Below are positions 24,724 to 34,293 of a stretch of DNA of 61,627 nucleotides, one piece after another; positions within the stretch are counted from its first letter, which is position 1; the number at the start of each line of letters is the position of its first letter. A program made the translations under genes and the position numbers. The notes beneath the pieces are model-generated. The model was given only the letters and a program-made list of their open reading frames with translations. It was not told where the DNA came from and ran no database searches. Source of the stretch: an uncultured Planctomycetales bacterium (GTDB taxonomy: Bacteria; Omnitrophota; Gorgyraeia; Gygaellales; Profunditerraquicolaceae); assembly GCA_964354795.1 (NCBI GenBank), contig CAYHBB010000005.1, positions 1 to 61,627 on the forward strand, read 5' to 3'.

Positions 24724-25682
24724 ACTCCCATGCTGCGGAATTTCTTATAACGGGCTTTAAGCAACTCTTCGGGCGGCTCTGCTTTTAATTCTTTCAGGTT
24801 CTTAAGCAACACTTCTTTTATATTCTGCGCCATGGCCTGCGGGTCGCGATGCGCTCCGCCCAGCGGCTCAGGAATAACTCCATCAATAATCCCCATCTTA
24901 ATCAGGTCCTGACCGGTAAGTTTTAAGACTGCCGCAGCATCCGGCGCCCGGGCGCCGTCTTTCCAGAGTATCGCCGCACACCCTTCCGGCGATATAACCG
25001 AATAATAAGAATTCTCAAACACAAATACACGGTCAGCGACTCCGATACCTAATGCGCCGCCTGAGCCGCCCTCGCCTATGACTGTAGCGATTATAGGAGT
25101 GGCTATTTGCATCATCTCTCTGAGATTATATGCGATGGCCTGAGACTGTCCGCGCTCTTCAGCTCCTATCCCCGGATATGCACCGGGCGTATCGATAAAA
25201 ATCACAATAGGTAGCCCGAATTTATCGGCCAGCTGCATCACCCTCAAAGCCTTGCGGTATCCCTCAGGATGGGCGCAGCCAAAATTACGCTTTAAATTCT
25301 CTTTAGTGTCCCGGCCCTTCTGATGCCCCATCACTACGACCTTTTGATTATCCAGCTTTGCCAGGCCGCAGATCATAGCCTTATCGTCGCTAAAGCCCCG
25401 ATCCCCATGCAGCTCTATAAAGTCCGTCATCAGCATGCTGATATAATCCAGGGTATAGGGACGTTTGGGGTGGCGGGCCAACTGGACTTTCTGCCAGGCA
25501 GTAAGATTACTATAGGTGGTTTTCTTCTTCTGCTCCAGCTTTTCTTCAAGGCGCTTAAGCTCGGCGGAAAGGTCGATCTTACGGCTGGCGGAAAAATGCT
25601 TCAGCTCGTTAATTTTTTTCTCAAGCTCGACAATATCTTTTTCGAAACTTAATCCAATGGTAGTCATTTTTAATGAGCCCAC
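24714..25682 (-). CDS. accA: Acetyl-CoA carboxylase carboxyltransferase alpha subunit
   Basis: [40 protein letters not shown]. The true start may be the ATG at 25667. Confidence 0.9.
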   Translation of the reverse strand: MGSLKMTTIGLSFEKDIVELEKKINELKHFSASRKIDLSAELKRLEEKLEQKKKTTYSNLTAWQKVQLARHPKRPYTLDYISMLMTDFIELHGDRGFSDDKAMICGLAKLDNQKVVVMGHQKGRDTKENLKRNFGCAHPEGYRKALRVMQLADKFGLPIVIFIDTPGAYPGIGAEERGQSQAIAYNLREMMQIATPIIATVIGEGGSGGALGIGVADRVFVFENSYYSVISPEGCAAILWKDGARAPDAAAVLKLTGQDLIKMGIIDGVIPEPLGGAHRDPQAMAQNIKEVLLKNLKELKAEPPEELLKARYKKFRSMGVCA

Positions 25683-25789
25683 AATTTATGGAGCCCTTCT
25701 CTGGGCGACATAAATTGTATGGGCGAATTACCCCCGCCGAATGCGCTAAAAATTCCAAAGGAATTTTTAGCAGCGTTTATGAGGCGGGG
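25681..25789. repeat. Family E intercistronic element, copy 3
   Basis: ACAATTTATG...CATAAATTGT, GGGCGAATTACCCCCGCC, GCTAAAAATTCC-AAA-GGAATTTTTAGC, GTTTATGAGGCGGGG. Confidence 0.8.
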
Positions 25790-25808
25790 AATCTTATCAT
25801 CACCTCGC

Positions 25809-26630
25809 TTAATCAACAATGGTCACTTCCGTGCCAACGGGGATGATAGTGTAAAGCTCCTCGACATCGCTGTTTAACATGCGCACGCACCCAGAGGTAG
25901 ACTGCTTGCCGATACTCTGCGGCTCGGTAGTGCCGTGAATACCATAACTAGGAGCGACGTCAAAACCCATCCAACGCGATCCCAGGATATTCCTGGGGTC
26001 TCCCGCAGGGATGACTTCATTATCCTTAAACCAAGTGGGATTTACCAGTTTAGTGGCGATCTTAAAAGTACCTACGGGTGTACAGTTATCCCTGCCTGTC
26101 GCCACCACATAACTCTTAAAGATATCTTCATCAGTCTTTAAATAAAGGCTATTCTGGGATTTATCCACAAAAATAGTAAATGCAGCGGTCCAGATTTTGA
26201 TCTTCTTACCGGGAGAAATAGCGTCATTGGAAAGATTGTTGCTTTTCTTGATCAGCTCGACGGTGGTCTTATGTTCCTTGGCTATTTTTGTCAGAGTGTC
26301 CCCAGGCTTGATCTCATACAAAACGCTCTTAAGGGTGATAGCAGTTGAAAAAAGCAACTTCATATTCAGCTCTTCCAGGCGTTTTTGCCAGTTCATCACT
26401 TCGGGAGAATTAGAGAAATCGCTGACCAGCTTCTGGTAAACAGACCTTGCTTCCACAAGGTTACCCTTTGCCTCCAGCTCCTTTGCCTGATTGATCAAGG
26501 GTAGAGCCTGCGAAAGATTGCTCCCTGCTACAGACAGGCCTATCCGGCATTTCTTGATATTCAAAACCAACACGCCTACAATAACCAACACAATGAGAGT
26601 AGGTATTATAATCAACAGCTTCTTATTCAC
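25809..26630 (-). CDS. LysM-domain L,D-transpeptidase (YkuD family)
   Basis: LysM segment YEIKPGDTLTKIAKEH; YkuD catalytic segment YGIHGT...STSGCVRM. Confidence 0.85.
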   Translation of the reverse strand: MNKKLLIIIPTLIVLVIVGVLVLNIKKCRIGLSVAGSNLSQALPLINQAKELEAKGNLVEARSVYQKLVSDFSNSPEVMNWQKRLEELNMKLLFSTAITLKSVLYEIKPGDTLTKIAKEHKTTVELIKKSNNLSNDAISPGKKIKIWTAAFTIFVDKSQNSLYLKTDEDIFKSYVVATGRDNCTPVGTFKIATKLVNPTWFKDNEVIPAGDPRNILGSRWMGFDVAPSYGIHGTTEPQSIGKQSTSGCVRMLNSDVEELYTIIPVGTEVTIVD

Positions 26631-26640
26631 ACATCCTCCT

Positions 26641-27087
26641 CTAACCCGCTACAAAAGCAATGACTACGCCCAGAAGAAATCCCATGATCACTTCCATGGG
26701 CGTATGCCCGATAAGTTCGCGCAGTTGGCCGTCTTTGATGCGGCCCTTCCAATAGATATCATCGGTAATCTTATTCAAAATACGCGCCTGTCTGCCGGTG
26801 GCCCGACGCACGCCCTGCGCGTCGAACATCACCACTAGAGCAAATGCGGCGGCAAGCGCAAAATATACACTGTCAAAACCGTAATTTATGCCTATAGAGG
26901 TGCCCAGACACGAAGCCCCCGTGGCGTGACTCGAGGGCATTCCGCCTGTACCCACAAACCAGCGAAAATCAAAACGCTTCAAGCGAAAGATGCCAATGAT
27001 CACCTTGATGGTCTGGGCAATAAGCCAACCAGATATAGTTATGATCAGAATTTTATTCTTAAAAAACTGGGCAAAAATATCGTTCAT
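26641..27087 (-). CDS. Divergent PAP2 family membrane protein (DUF212)
   Basis: GGMPSSHA motif and 4 TM segments. Confidence 0.7.
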   Translation of the reverse strand: MNDIFAQFFKNKILIITISGWLIAQTIKVIIGIFRLKRFDFRWFVGTGGMPSSHATGASCLGTSIGINYGFDSVYFALAAAFALVVMFDAQGVRRATGRQARILNKITDDIYWKGRIKDGQLRELIGHTPMEVIMGFLLGVVIAFVAG

Positions 27088-27716
27088 TATTCTTTTCCCG
27101 GAGCCGGGGCAGGAGCAGGGGTTACTTCTATTTTGATTACCTTAGGGATAAGTGTAGGCTGGCCGTCTTTAATGACAAAACCGCGGTTGCCTTCCGCGAC
27201 CTGATTGGCGTTGACCTGATGCTTGATCTCCTTACCGACTTTGCCCATCTGCTTGCGGAACTCGCGGATAGCCTTTTTCATCTCGGAAACAGAGCTAAGC
27301 TTCGCCTTCATTGACTCATTCTCAGAAGACATCTTAGCGGTCTGGTCTTTTAAAACGGTGTTCTCCGCTTTAAGCAGTGAGAATTGCGCGCGCATATCTT
27401 CCAAAGACTTCTGAGTATTCTCCGCATCCGTAAAAAGCCTAGTCAGCCTGGTAATACTGGCCCTTAAGTTATCTTTTAAGCCGGCGTTCTGTTCGCTAAG
27501 CTTATCCGCAAGCTGTTTTTCCTTCTCCAGCTCAAGCGAAAGGTTCTGTTTGTCATTTTCCAAGACCTGGACCTGCTGTTTGATCTCGTTCAGGGCGTTC
27601 AGGAGCTCGTACTTCTCCTTTAAAGCAGAAACGTATTTATATACGCTAAAGATAGTTATAGTAAGGAGTAATACGAAAATAGCGATCTTTGCGTTCTTGG
27701 GAATATTCAGGTCCAT
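27087..27716 (-). CDS. Membrane-anchored coiled-coil protein
   Basis: N-terminal TM segment, then heptad-rich Glu/Lys/Leu sequence. No enzymatic motif. Confidence 0.5.
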   Translation of the reverse strand: MDLNIPKNAKIAIFVLLLTITIFSVYKYVSALKEKYELLNALNEIKQQVQVLENDKQNLSLELEKEKQLADKLSEQNAGLKDNLRASITRLTRLFTDAENTQKSLEDMRAQFSLLKAENTVLKDQTAKMSSENESMKAKLSSVSEMKKAIREFRKQMGKVGKEIKHQVNANQVAEGNRGFVIKDGQPTLIPKVIKIEVTPAPAPAPGKE

Positions 27717-27763
27717 AGGCTAATATTATATTGATATAGACCCAATATTGCAAGGTTTTTTTC

Positions 27764-27884
27764 GTTAGCCCCTGCGCTTAGCACCTTGGCATAAATGGCA
27801 CCTTTGCCTATAGGAGGGCAAAGTACGCCTCTTGCGAGGCGTTGCCTAGTGCGCCCCTTCTGGGGCGGAAAGGCGCGGGGCTAC
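27764..27884 (+). ncRNA. Family B nested multi-hairpin element (long form) upstream of comM
   Basis: GCACCTTGGCA...TTGCCTAGTGC encloses CTTTGCC-tatagga-GGGCAAAG and ACGCCTC-ttgc-GAGGCGT, followed by GCGCCCC-ttct-GGGGCG. The outer stem is GCCCCTGCGC/GCGCGGGGC. It is about 85 percent collinear with the reverse complement of 34714-34828. Confidence 0.7.
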
Positions 27885-27939
27885 ACTTTTTGTGTTAGAT
27901 TTTGCCACCCCTTACGTCTATTATAGTAGGAGGTGTTAA

Positions 27940-29466
27940 ATGTTAGCAAAAACGCATAGTTTCGGTCTTTTGGGAATTGAGGCATATCCGGTTGAAATAG
28001 AAGTGGATGTCTCACGTGGCCTGCCGGCAGTCACGCTGGTGGGGATGGCGGACACCGCCATTCGAGAGAGCAAGGAGAGGGTAAGGGGCGCGATCAAGAA
28101 CTGCGGCTTCAACTGGCCGCAGGAGCGGCTGACCATCAGCCTAGCTCCATCGGATATACGTAAAGAGGGATCCTGCTTTGACCTGGCCATTGCTTTAGGA
28201 GTGCTGGCTGCGACCGATCAGCTGGATAAAGAAAAACTTAAAAATCACTACATACTCGGAGAGCTTTCCCTGGACGGAACACTTAGGCCGGTGCGCGGAG
28301 CCCTGCCCATAAGCATTGCCGCAGCAAAGAACGAGCTCAAGAATATACTTCTACCTTTAGCCAATGCCCGGGAAGCAGGGATTGTTTCCGGGGTAGATAT
28401 TTGGCCGGTACGAAGCCTGAAAGAGGCGGTAGAATTATTATCCAACCCACAAGGGTATACGCCTTTTAAACTTGACCTAAAGAGCATTTTTCAAGAAAGT
28501 CTGGCTTATCCGCTGGACTTCTCCGAGGTCAAAGGCCAGTATCTGGCCAAGCGCGCGCTGGAGGTGGCGGTTTCCGGAGGGCACAATATCGCCATGATCG
28601 GGCCCCCGGGAAGCGGAAAAACTATGCTAGCTAAGAGAATCCCGACCATAATGCCGCAGGTGACCATTGAAGAAGCGCTAGAAGTAACCAAGGTGCATTC
28701 CACGGTAGGAACGCTTACAGATAAAACCGGCCTGATCGGCATCCGGCCTTTTCGTTCACCCCATCACAGCATCTCCTCTGTGGCGCTAGTAGGCGGAGGC
28801 TCTATGCCACAACCGGGCGAGATCAGCCTGGCCCATCGCGGAGTCCTATTTTTGGATGAGCTCCCAGAATTCCGGCGCGACTGTCTGGAGGCACTAAGAC
28901 AGCCGCTGGAAGATGAATTCATCCGGGTATCCAGGATATTTAGGTCTTTCACCTTTCCTGCAAGCTTCATGTTGGTCGCGGCCATGAACCCCTGCCCGTG
29001 CGGATACTACACTGACCCCAAAAAAACCTGCCGCTGTCACCCCAACCAGATTGCAAAATACATGGGCAAGATCTCAGGGCCACTACTAGACAGAATCGAT
29101 ATCCACATCGATATCCCAGCGGTAAAATACAAAGAGTTGACTGAGGCTAAAGACGCCGAGCCTTCAGCCGCGATCAAGGAGCGGGTGGAAAAAGTTCGCA
29201 GACTGCAGCTGGAAAGATTCAAAGAAGACAGGATTTATTTTAACGCCCAAATGAACACTAAGCTGATAAAAAGATACTGTTCCCTAAACGCTGAGGCAAG
29301 GGAATTGCTGAAGCTGGCTATGCATGAGCTGGGGTTGTCGGCAAGGGCCTATGATAAGATCCTACGTGTCAGCCGCACGGTAGCGGATCTAGCGGGAAGC
29401 AACACCATCGAAGCACCACATATTTCGGAGGCGATACAATACAGGAGCCTGGACAGACAGTGGTAA
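27940..29466 (+). CDS. comM: YifB/ComM-family Mg-chelatase-like AAA+ ATPase
   Basis: N-terminal Lon-protease-like domain, GPPGSGKTMLAKR Walker A, VLFLDELPEF Walker B, and a CPCG zinc motif. Confidence 0.85.
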   Translation: MLAKTHSFGLLGIEAYPVEIEVDVSRGLPAVTLVGMADTAIRESKERVRGAIKNCGFNWPQERLTISLAPSDIRKEGSCFDLAIALGVLAATDQLDKEKLKNHYILGELSLDGTLRPVRGALPISIAAAKNELKNILLPLANAREAGIVSGVDIWPVRSLKEAVELLSNPQGYTPFKLDLKSIFQESLAYPLDFSEVKGQYLAKRALEVAVSGGHNIAMIGPPGSGKTMLAKRIPTIMPQVTIEEALEVTKVHSTVGTLTDKTGLIGIRPFRSPHHSISSVALVGGGSMPQPGEISLAHRGVLFLDELPEFRRDCLEALRQPLEDEFIRVSRIFRSFTFPASFMLVAAMNPCPCGYYTDPKKTCRCHPNQIAKYMGKISGPLLDRIDIHIDIPAVKYKELTEAKDAEPSAAIKERVEKVRRLQLERFKEDRIYFNAQMNTKLIKRYCSLNAEARELLKLAMHELGLSARAYDKILRVSRTVADLAGSNTIEAPHISEAIQYRSLDRQW

Positions 29467-29472
29467 AAGAAT

Positions 29473-31137
29473 CTATTTGTTAAATACTTCTTTGAGTATG
29501 GTATTAGCAATGCTCTCTGCGAGAAGACGATTGCCTTTTCCTGTACAGTGACCGAAGTCGCCGCCGAACATATCATTAAAGTATTCTCGGTAATCGGTTT
29601 TCTTAAGAGCATCTTTAAATATCTTTTCGTTATCTACAAACATAATGCCTTCTGCATTACCTTGGAATATCCTCTTAAGCGTCTCTAAATTTCGCATGGG
29701 ATACTGCACACAAACATACGCTATACCTCTTTTGTCTAAGATCGCTTTAAGCTTATTATAATTGTCAGTTGTAATTGGATAATAGTAGCTTGATCTTAAT
29801 TCCTTGGCCTTTTTACCATATTCCCTAGCAAGCCTTAGGCTATCCATTTCTCCAAATAATAACTCTAGCGCTCCATATATCCTATCGTCTTTAGGGTCGA
29901 GTTCTAGAGCCTTTTTGAATAACTCCTCAGCCTCAAGAAATCTATTTTGGGCTTGATAAAACTTTCCCAGCCCAAAATATACCAACTCGTTTTTGGGGTT
30001 GAGCTCTATAGCCTTCTTAAATGACTCCTCAGTCTCAGGGAATCTACCCCAGCTTAGATAAAAATTTCCCAGCTCATAATATGCCCAATCGTCTTTAGGG
30101 TTAAGCTCTATAGCTTTCTTGAATAACACCTCAGCCTCAGAGAATCTGCCCTTGCGCTGATAAGAAATCCCTAGCCCAATATATGCCCACTCGTTATTAG
30201 GGTTGAGCTCTATGGCTCTCTTGAATAACTCCTCAGCCTCGGAGAATCTGCCCTTGCTTTTATAAAGCCTTCCCAGCCCAAGATATGCCCAATCGTTTGT
30301 GGGCTTAAGCTCTATAGCCTTCCTGAATAACTCCTCAGCCTCAAATAATCTACCCATGTTTTGATAAGAATCACCTAGCCCAAAATATACATAATCGTTT
30401 TTGGGATCGAGCTCTATGGCTTTCTTGAATAACTCCTCAGCCTCAGAGAATCTACCCTTGTTTTGATAAAGCTTTCCCAGCTCAATATATGCCCACTCGT
30501 TTTTGGGGTTGAGCTCTATAGCCTTACTGAACTTTAATAATGCTTCACTTGACGGAGCATCCTTGTCTTCTGCATAAACCTGTTGTAATTCGACTCTTTG
30601 AAGGAGAGGCTTAGGCTGTTTTGAATCTTTTAATTTGGTTACAATATGTAACCAAAGGAGCCTGCTTAATTTATAGGTTCTAAAAGACTTTAAAAAATTT
30701 ATAAACTTCGAATCAGAAATAGCCTCATAAGGCAGATGCGGACCCATGTCATTAATCCCCATCATAGTAATGACCATATCCGGATGGTATGTCTCGAGAT
30801 CAGATTCAAGCATGGATAATATAGCGGCTGTACTTGTTCCGATAATACCCTTGTCTATCACGCTGAATTTTATGCCGATATTGCGCTGATTGAGTATTTC
30901 TTCCAGAAAAAGCGGATACTGCCCTGCGGTGGTGGATTCACCCAGGCACATAATACGATAAGTCCCTTTTTTGCTGATAGAGGCCCTGTTGCTGTGCTCC
31001 TGGATTGACAACAATACAAACCCTCCCAGGCGTAATCCTATCTCAAGGATAACAACAGTCAAAAATAACCCGAATATTATCAGAGCTATTTTTTGCCAAA
31101 ACGAAGTTTTAGTTAGGGTTTGATTGTTTCGGCTCAT
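29473..31137 (-). CDS. Membrane-anchored SGNH hydrolase interrupted by a TPR array
   Basis: IMCLGESTTAG (block I), MMGINDM (block III), then about 8-9 TPRs (KAIELNPKN...AY..LG), then GGDFGHCT (block V, DxxH). Confidence 0.65.
   Translation of the reverse strand: MSRNNQTLTKTSFWQKIALIIFGLFLTVVILEIGLRLGGFVLLSIQEHSNRASISKKGTYRIMCLGESTTAGQYPLFLEEILNQRNIGIKFSVIDKGIIGTSTAAILSMLESDLETYHPDMVITMMGINDMGPHLPYEAISDSKFINFLKSFRTYKLSRLLWLHIVTKLKDSKQPKPLLQRVELQQVYAEDKDAPSSEALLKFSKAIELNPKNEWAYIELGKLYQNKGRFSEAEELFKKAIELDPKNDYVYFGLGDSYQNMGRLFEAEELFRKAIELKPTNDWAYLGLGRLYKSKGRFSEAEELFKRAIELNPNNEWAYIGLGISYQRKGRFSEAEVLFKKAIELNPKDDWAYYELGNFYLSWGRFPETEESFKKAIELNPKNELVYFGLGKFYQAQNRFLEAEELFKKALELDPKDDRIYGALELLFGEMDSLRLAREYGKKAKELRSSYYYPITTDNYNKLKAILDKRGIAYVCVQYPMRNLETLKRIFQGNAEGIMFVDNEKIFKDALKKTDYREYFNDMFGGDFGHCTGKGNRLLAESIANTILKEVFNK
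29899..30545. repeat. 102-nt periodic DNA repeats encoding the TPR units
   Basis: (G/A)AGCTCTATAGC-like anchors occur at 29899, 30001, 30103, 30205, 30307, 30409 and 30511, an exact 102-nt spacing. Confidence 0.9.
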
Positions 31138-31161
31138 GGAGATGGCCCATCAGGGATGAAT

Positions 31162-32148
31162 CTAAGGTATAACTTTATCTGATTTCAGAATACCGTAAAT
31201 ATATTCTGCAGAGATTCTAAGGGTAGCCGCGTTTTTATGGCTCTCGTCGTGATAATAATCAATAGAGACCTTTACCGGGTCAAGACCCAAGCGGTTAAAC
31301 TCATCCATCAGATCGATAAAAATAATATTATCCGAAGAAATGCTTTTTATCAGCTTATGCACTCCGGTAAAAGGATACTTTTCCTTGAAATCCTCTACCC
31401 CTTTTCCGGAAGAAGGAAATATCACCACCACAAATTTGTTCCCCCGGTCCTTTGCGATATCCGCGATCTCTAGCATAGCCCGCTGCACAGGAAGAAAATA
31501 TTTCGGCTGATGAAGGTAGAGAATGAAATCCGACTCGTTTTTTATATTGGATTTTTTGCGCTCTTTTTTTATGGAGGCTTTTTTAATACGCGTAGAAAAA
31601 TAGCGCGCCAAAGCGCTGTGGCGCATCCAAAAAGAATCAGAAAAATAATATTCCGCAGGGTCAGGATCGTTCAGGCAATAATTCAGAATGATCAGATCAG
31701 GATCATACTTAAGTCCCTTCACCTTAAGCTGCTCTAGCTCCGAGAAAGTATTGTACCCTTCGACTCCGAAATTAAGCACCTCATAGCGCAAGCCGGTGGA
31801 TTTAGCATTTAGAATATTTTCCAGCTGCGCGACAAGAGTATCCTGTTCAGAAGTCAGGAGAGACAGAGTCTCAGAATCCCCTAGCATTAAAACGCGAAAA
31901 GTATTGGCGGGTTTTCTTACTGGACGAACCGGACCACGGTATCCATCGGAATTTACCTCGACACAGGCATGACGAGAGCCGGGCTTAAGCTCCCAGCGCA
32001 GATACGGATCGGAACTTCTCTGGTACAAAGGCCGGTCAGGGAGCTTGCCCATCTTCCAGGCAAAGCGCATGATGATTTCCGCGGCACCCAGGACCAAAGA
32101 AACTGTAACCAGCGCCAAACCGATATTGATGAAGATATTTTTCTTCAC
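31162..32148 (-). CDS. SGNH/GDSL-family hydrolase, membrane anchored
   Basis: VLMLGDSETL (block I), YCLNDPD (block III), and HDESHKN near the C-terminus. Confidence 0.65.
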   Translation of the reverse strand: MKKNIFINIGLALVTVSLVLGAAEIIMRFAWKMGKLPDRPLYQRSSDPYLRWELKPGSRHACVEVNSDGYRGPVRPVRKPANTFRVLMLGDSETLSLLTSEQDTLVAQLENILNAKSTGLRYEVLNFGVEGYNTFSELEQLKVKGLKYDPDLIILNYCLNDPDPAEYYFSDSFWMRHSALARYFSTRIKKASIKKERKKSNIKNESDFILYLHQPKYFLPVQRAMLEIADIAKDRGNKFVVVIFPSSGKGVEDFKEKYPFTGVHKLIKSISSDNIIFIDLMDEFNRLGLDPVKVSIDYYHDESHKNAATLRISAEYIYGILKSDKVIP

Positions 32149-32165
32149 CCGAAGGATATTGACGC

Positions 32166-32636
32166 TTATTTCTTGGTGGCCTTGGTACTTTCGGCCTTAA
32201 GCTTATCCAAAGAGGAAAGCTGGATATCCTGCCACTTCTTCATCTGGGCGGGAGTAAGCACGCCTTCGATCTTACGGGCGGTCTCAATATCAGAGTAAGA
32301 TATATCCACCTGAAGGTCGGCTATTTTTTTAAGCTGAGGACGGATAGTACTGAGTGGATCCTTATTCTTGATCATCTGTGAAAGGCCTTGACGCAGCTCG
32401 CTGATCTCCTTGCCTTTTTCATTAAGGGTAGTCTGCAATTTTGAAACAAGAGTTTTCATATCCTCGGACTGCTTGTCAGTAAGCCCCAGCTCGCTTTTAT
32501 AATTAAATATGGTCTTGACTTCCTGCTTCTGCGCTTCCTGAGCCGGCTTCGTTGCTTTAGTCTCAGCAAAAGAACTAAGCGCTGACAACTGCAGGCCGAC
32601 GGCCGCGATAAATGCGATTTTTAACAGCTTTCTCAT
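32166..32636 (-). CDS. Periplasmic LTXXQ-motif (Spy/CpxP-like) protein
   Basis: Signal peptide MRKLLKIAFIAAVGLQLSALSSFA; LTDKQ and LTPAQ motifs. The ATG at 32636 was chosen because AAGGAGGAA lies upstream. Confidence 0.65.
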   Translation of the reverse strand: MRKLLKIAFIAAVGLQLSALSSFAETKATKPAQEAQKQEVKTIFNYKSELGLTDKQSEDMKTLVSKLQTTLNEKGKEISELRQGLSQMIKNKDPLSTIRPQLKKIADLQVDISYSDIETARKIEGVLTPAQMKKWQDIQLSSLDKLKAESTKATKK

Positions 32637-32652
32637 CGTGTTCCTCCTTTTA

Positions 32653-32723
32653 CACTGGCTTATCCGTGCCCACAAGGCACGCACTTGGCAATCCATTATG
32701 CCAAGGTGCTATAAAGCCAGGTG
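32653..32723 (-). promoter_or_regulatory. Family B leader element, once-nested form
   Basis: Minus-strand RNA: CACCTGGCTTTATAG[CACCTTGGCA-TAATGGAT-TGCCAAGTG][CGTGCC-TTGT-GGGCACG]GATAAGCCAGTG, then AAAAGGAGG. Confidence 0.7.
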
Positions 32724-32747
32724 TTATTGATTCTACAAGGTTATCCC

Positions 32748-33482
32748 CTAGTTTTCAATGCCCTGTTCGTTAGCTTTGTCCTTGACAAAGGCGTCGATAT
32801 CTTTGGTCGCCTGCCAGATCTCACGGATCTTGTTCTTGCATTTTAAAAAAACTTTTACCACATCCGGATCAAAATGCTTTCCCGACTCTACCTTTACCAT
32901 CTCTACTGCCTCATCAAATCCGTACGCTTCTTTATAAGGACGTTGTGAAGTCAAGGCGTCAAATACATCCGCCAAGGCGACTATTCTGCCGAAAAGCGGG
33001 ATATCCTTGCCCTTAAGGCCGCTAGGATAACCCGTCCCGTCGTAACGCTCATGATGGGTCAGAGCGATAAGCTTGGCTACTTTTAAAAGCGGAGAGCGGC
33101 TGCCTTTAAATATATTCGCTCCTAGGGCCGCGTGCTTCTTGATCACCTCCCGCTCTTCGGGAGTCAAACCACTTGGCTTCTTCAATATCGCATCCGGCAC
33201 CACCAGCTTTCCAATATCATGCATGACGCTGGCGTATTTAAGGTAATTCACGTCTTTGGCCGATAGATTCATGGCCCGGGCGATCTCGGTGGAATAATCG
33301 GCAATGCGCACCAGATGTGTTCCGGTAGAATCGTCCTTATATTCAGCCACCAGGGCCAAACGAAAGACCATCTCGGCGTAAGAGTCCTGGACTTCCGCGT
33401 AAGCCTTCTTTAACTCGAGGTAGCTCTTGCGGATGCGCTCTTCGTATTCAAAAAAACGGCTCTTGCGCTCTTTAGTAGCCAT
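32748..33482 (-). CDS. HD-GYP domain phosphodiesterase (c-di-GMP)
   Basis: HDIGK and HHERYDGTGYP motifs. The ATG at 33482 was chosen; it overlaps the STAS gene by 11 nt. Confidence 0.8.
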   Translation of the reverse strand: MATKERKSRFFEYEERIRKSYLELKKAYAEVQDSYAEMVFRLALVAEYKDDSTGTHLVRIADYSTEIARAMNLSAKDVNYLKYASVMHDIGKLVVPDAILKKPSGLTPEEREVIKKHAALGANIFKGSRSPLLKVAKLIALTHHERYDGTGYPSGLKGKDIPLFGRIVALADVFDALTSQRPYKEAYGFDEAVEMVKVESGKHFDPDVVKVFLKCKNKIREIWQATKDIDAFVKDKANEQGIEN

Positions 33483-33813
33483 AAAAATTCTTGAGCGCTT
33501 CCTCTTCGGTATCAAAGATCCGGAATACCTTATCCAGTTTGGTGATGCTGAAGATCGAGCTGACCTTAGGCGAAAGTTCGGATATAAAAACCATACCCTG
33601 TGTCACCTTAAGGTTACGCGAAAGGTCGATCAACGAGGCAAGGCCTGAGGAATCGATATAATCAACCCCGCGAAAATCTAAAAGCACCTTGCGGGTCTTA
33701 TTATCGATGATCTTCTTAAAGGTTTTCTTCAGCTCAGGAGCAGTATCTATGGTGATCTCGCCACTAATACAACAGATCGCCACCCCATCAGAATCCTTAA
33801 GTTTTATCTGCAT
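33472..33813 (-). CDS. STAS-domain anti-sigma-factor antagonist
   Basis: 113 aa, with DYIDSSGLASL (a phosphorylatable Ser context). Confidence 0.8.
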   Translation of the reverse strand: MQIKLKDSDGVAICCISGEITIDTAPELKKTFKKIIDNKTRKVLLDFRGVDYIDSSGLASLIDLSRNLKVTQGMVFISELSPKVSSIFSITKLDKVFRIFDTEEEALKNFYGY

Positions 33814-33815
33814 GA

Positions 33816-34286
33816 TTATTTATTTTTATGCCGGATCTCCTGCGCGCGGGCCTGAAGCTTTGCCGCTTCATCGTCTTTACCGATCTTACGGTAGAAATCC
33901 GATAGATAATTTAGGAATATCGCGGTGTATTCACTTTCCTTACCGAAACTCTTCTCTATGATCACCAAGGCTTTACGATAGAGTTCTTCTGCTTCAATAT
34001 ATTCACCTTCGGCAGTCAGGTAGGTAGCCAGATTATCCATGGACTCGGCGACATTGGGATTTTCCGGACCGAATTTTTCAGTAGCATAATCCAGAGCCTT
34101 GCGCGCCAAAGCAATTGCTTCTTTATGCTTACGCTGCTGATACAGAACAATGGCGTCATCAGTCATCTTTACCCAGGTATCCAGCGCGATGTCTCCGGAT
34201 TTTGTTTCAGGAAACTGCTGCTGGGCGCAGGCAGGTATGGTTAAAACAAATATTAAATAGATAATGACAAAAAATATTTTTCTCAT
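33816..34286 (-). CDS. TPR-repeat lipoprotein
   Basis: Lipobox LTIPAC; TPR_12-like repeats (NVAESMDNLATYL..., AEELYRKAL). Confidence 0.65.
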   Translation of the reverse strand: MRKIFFVIIYLIFVLTIPACAQQQFPETKSGDIALDTWVKMTDDAIVLYQQRKHKEAIALARKALDYATEKFGPENPNVAESMDNLATYLTAEGEYIEAEELYRKALVIIEKSFGKESEYTAIFLNYLSDFYRKIGKDDEAAKLQARAQEIRHKNK

Positions 34287-34293
34287 TTTAAAT

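Noticed and set aside
27936-28190. An 84-aa minus-strand ORF overlapping the comM start.
   Set aside because: It is antisense to the conserved N-terminal domain of ComM and has no independent support.
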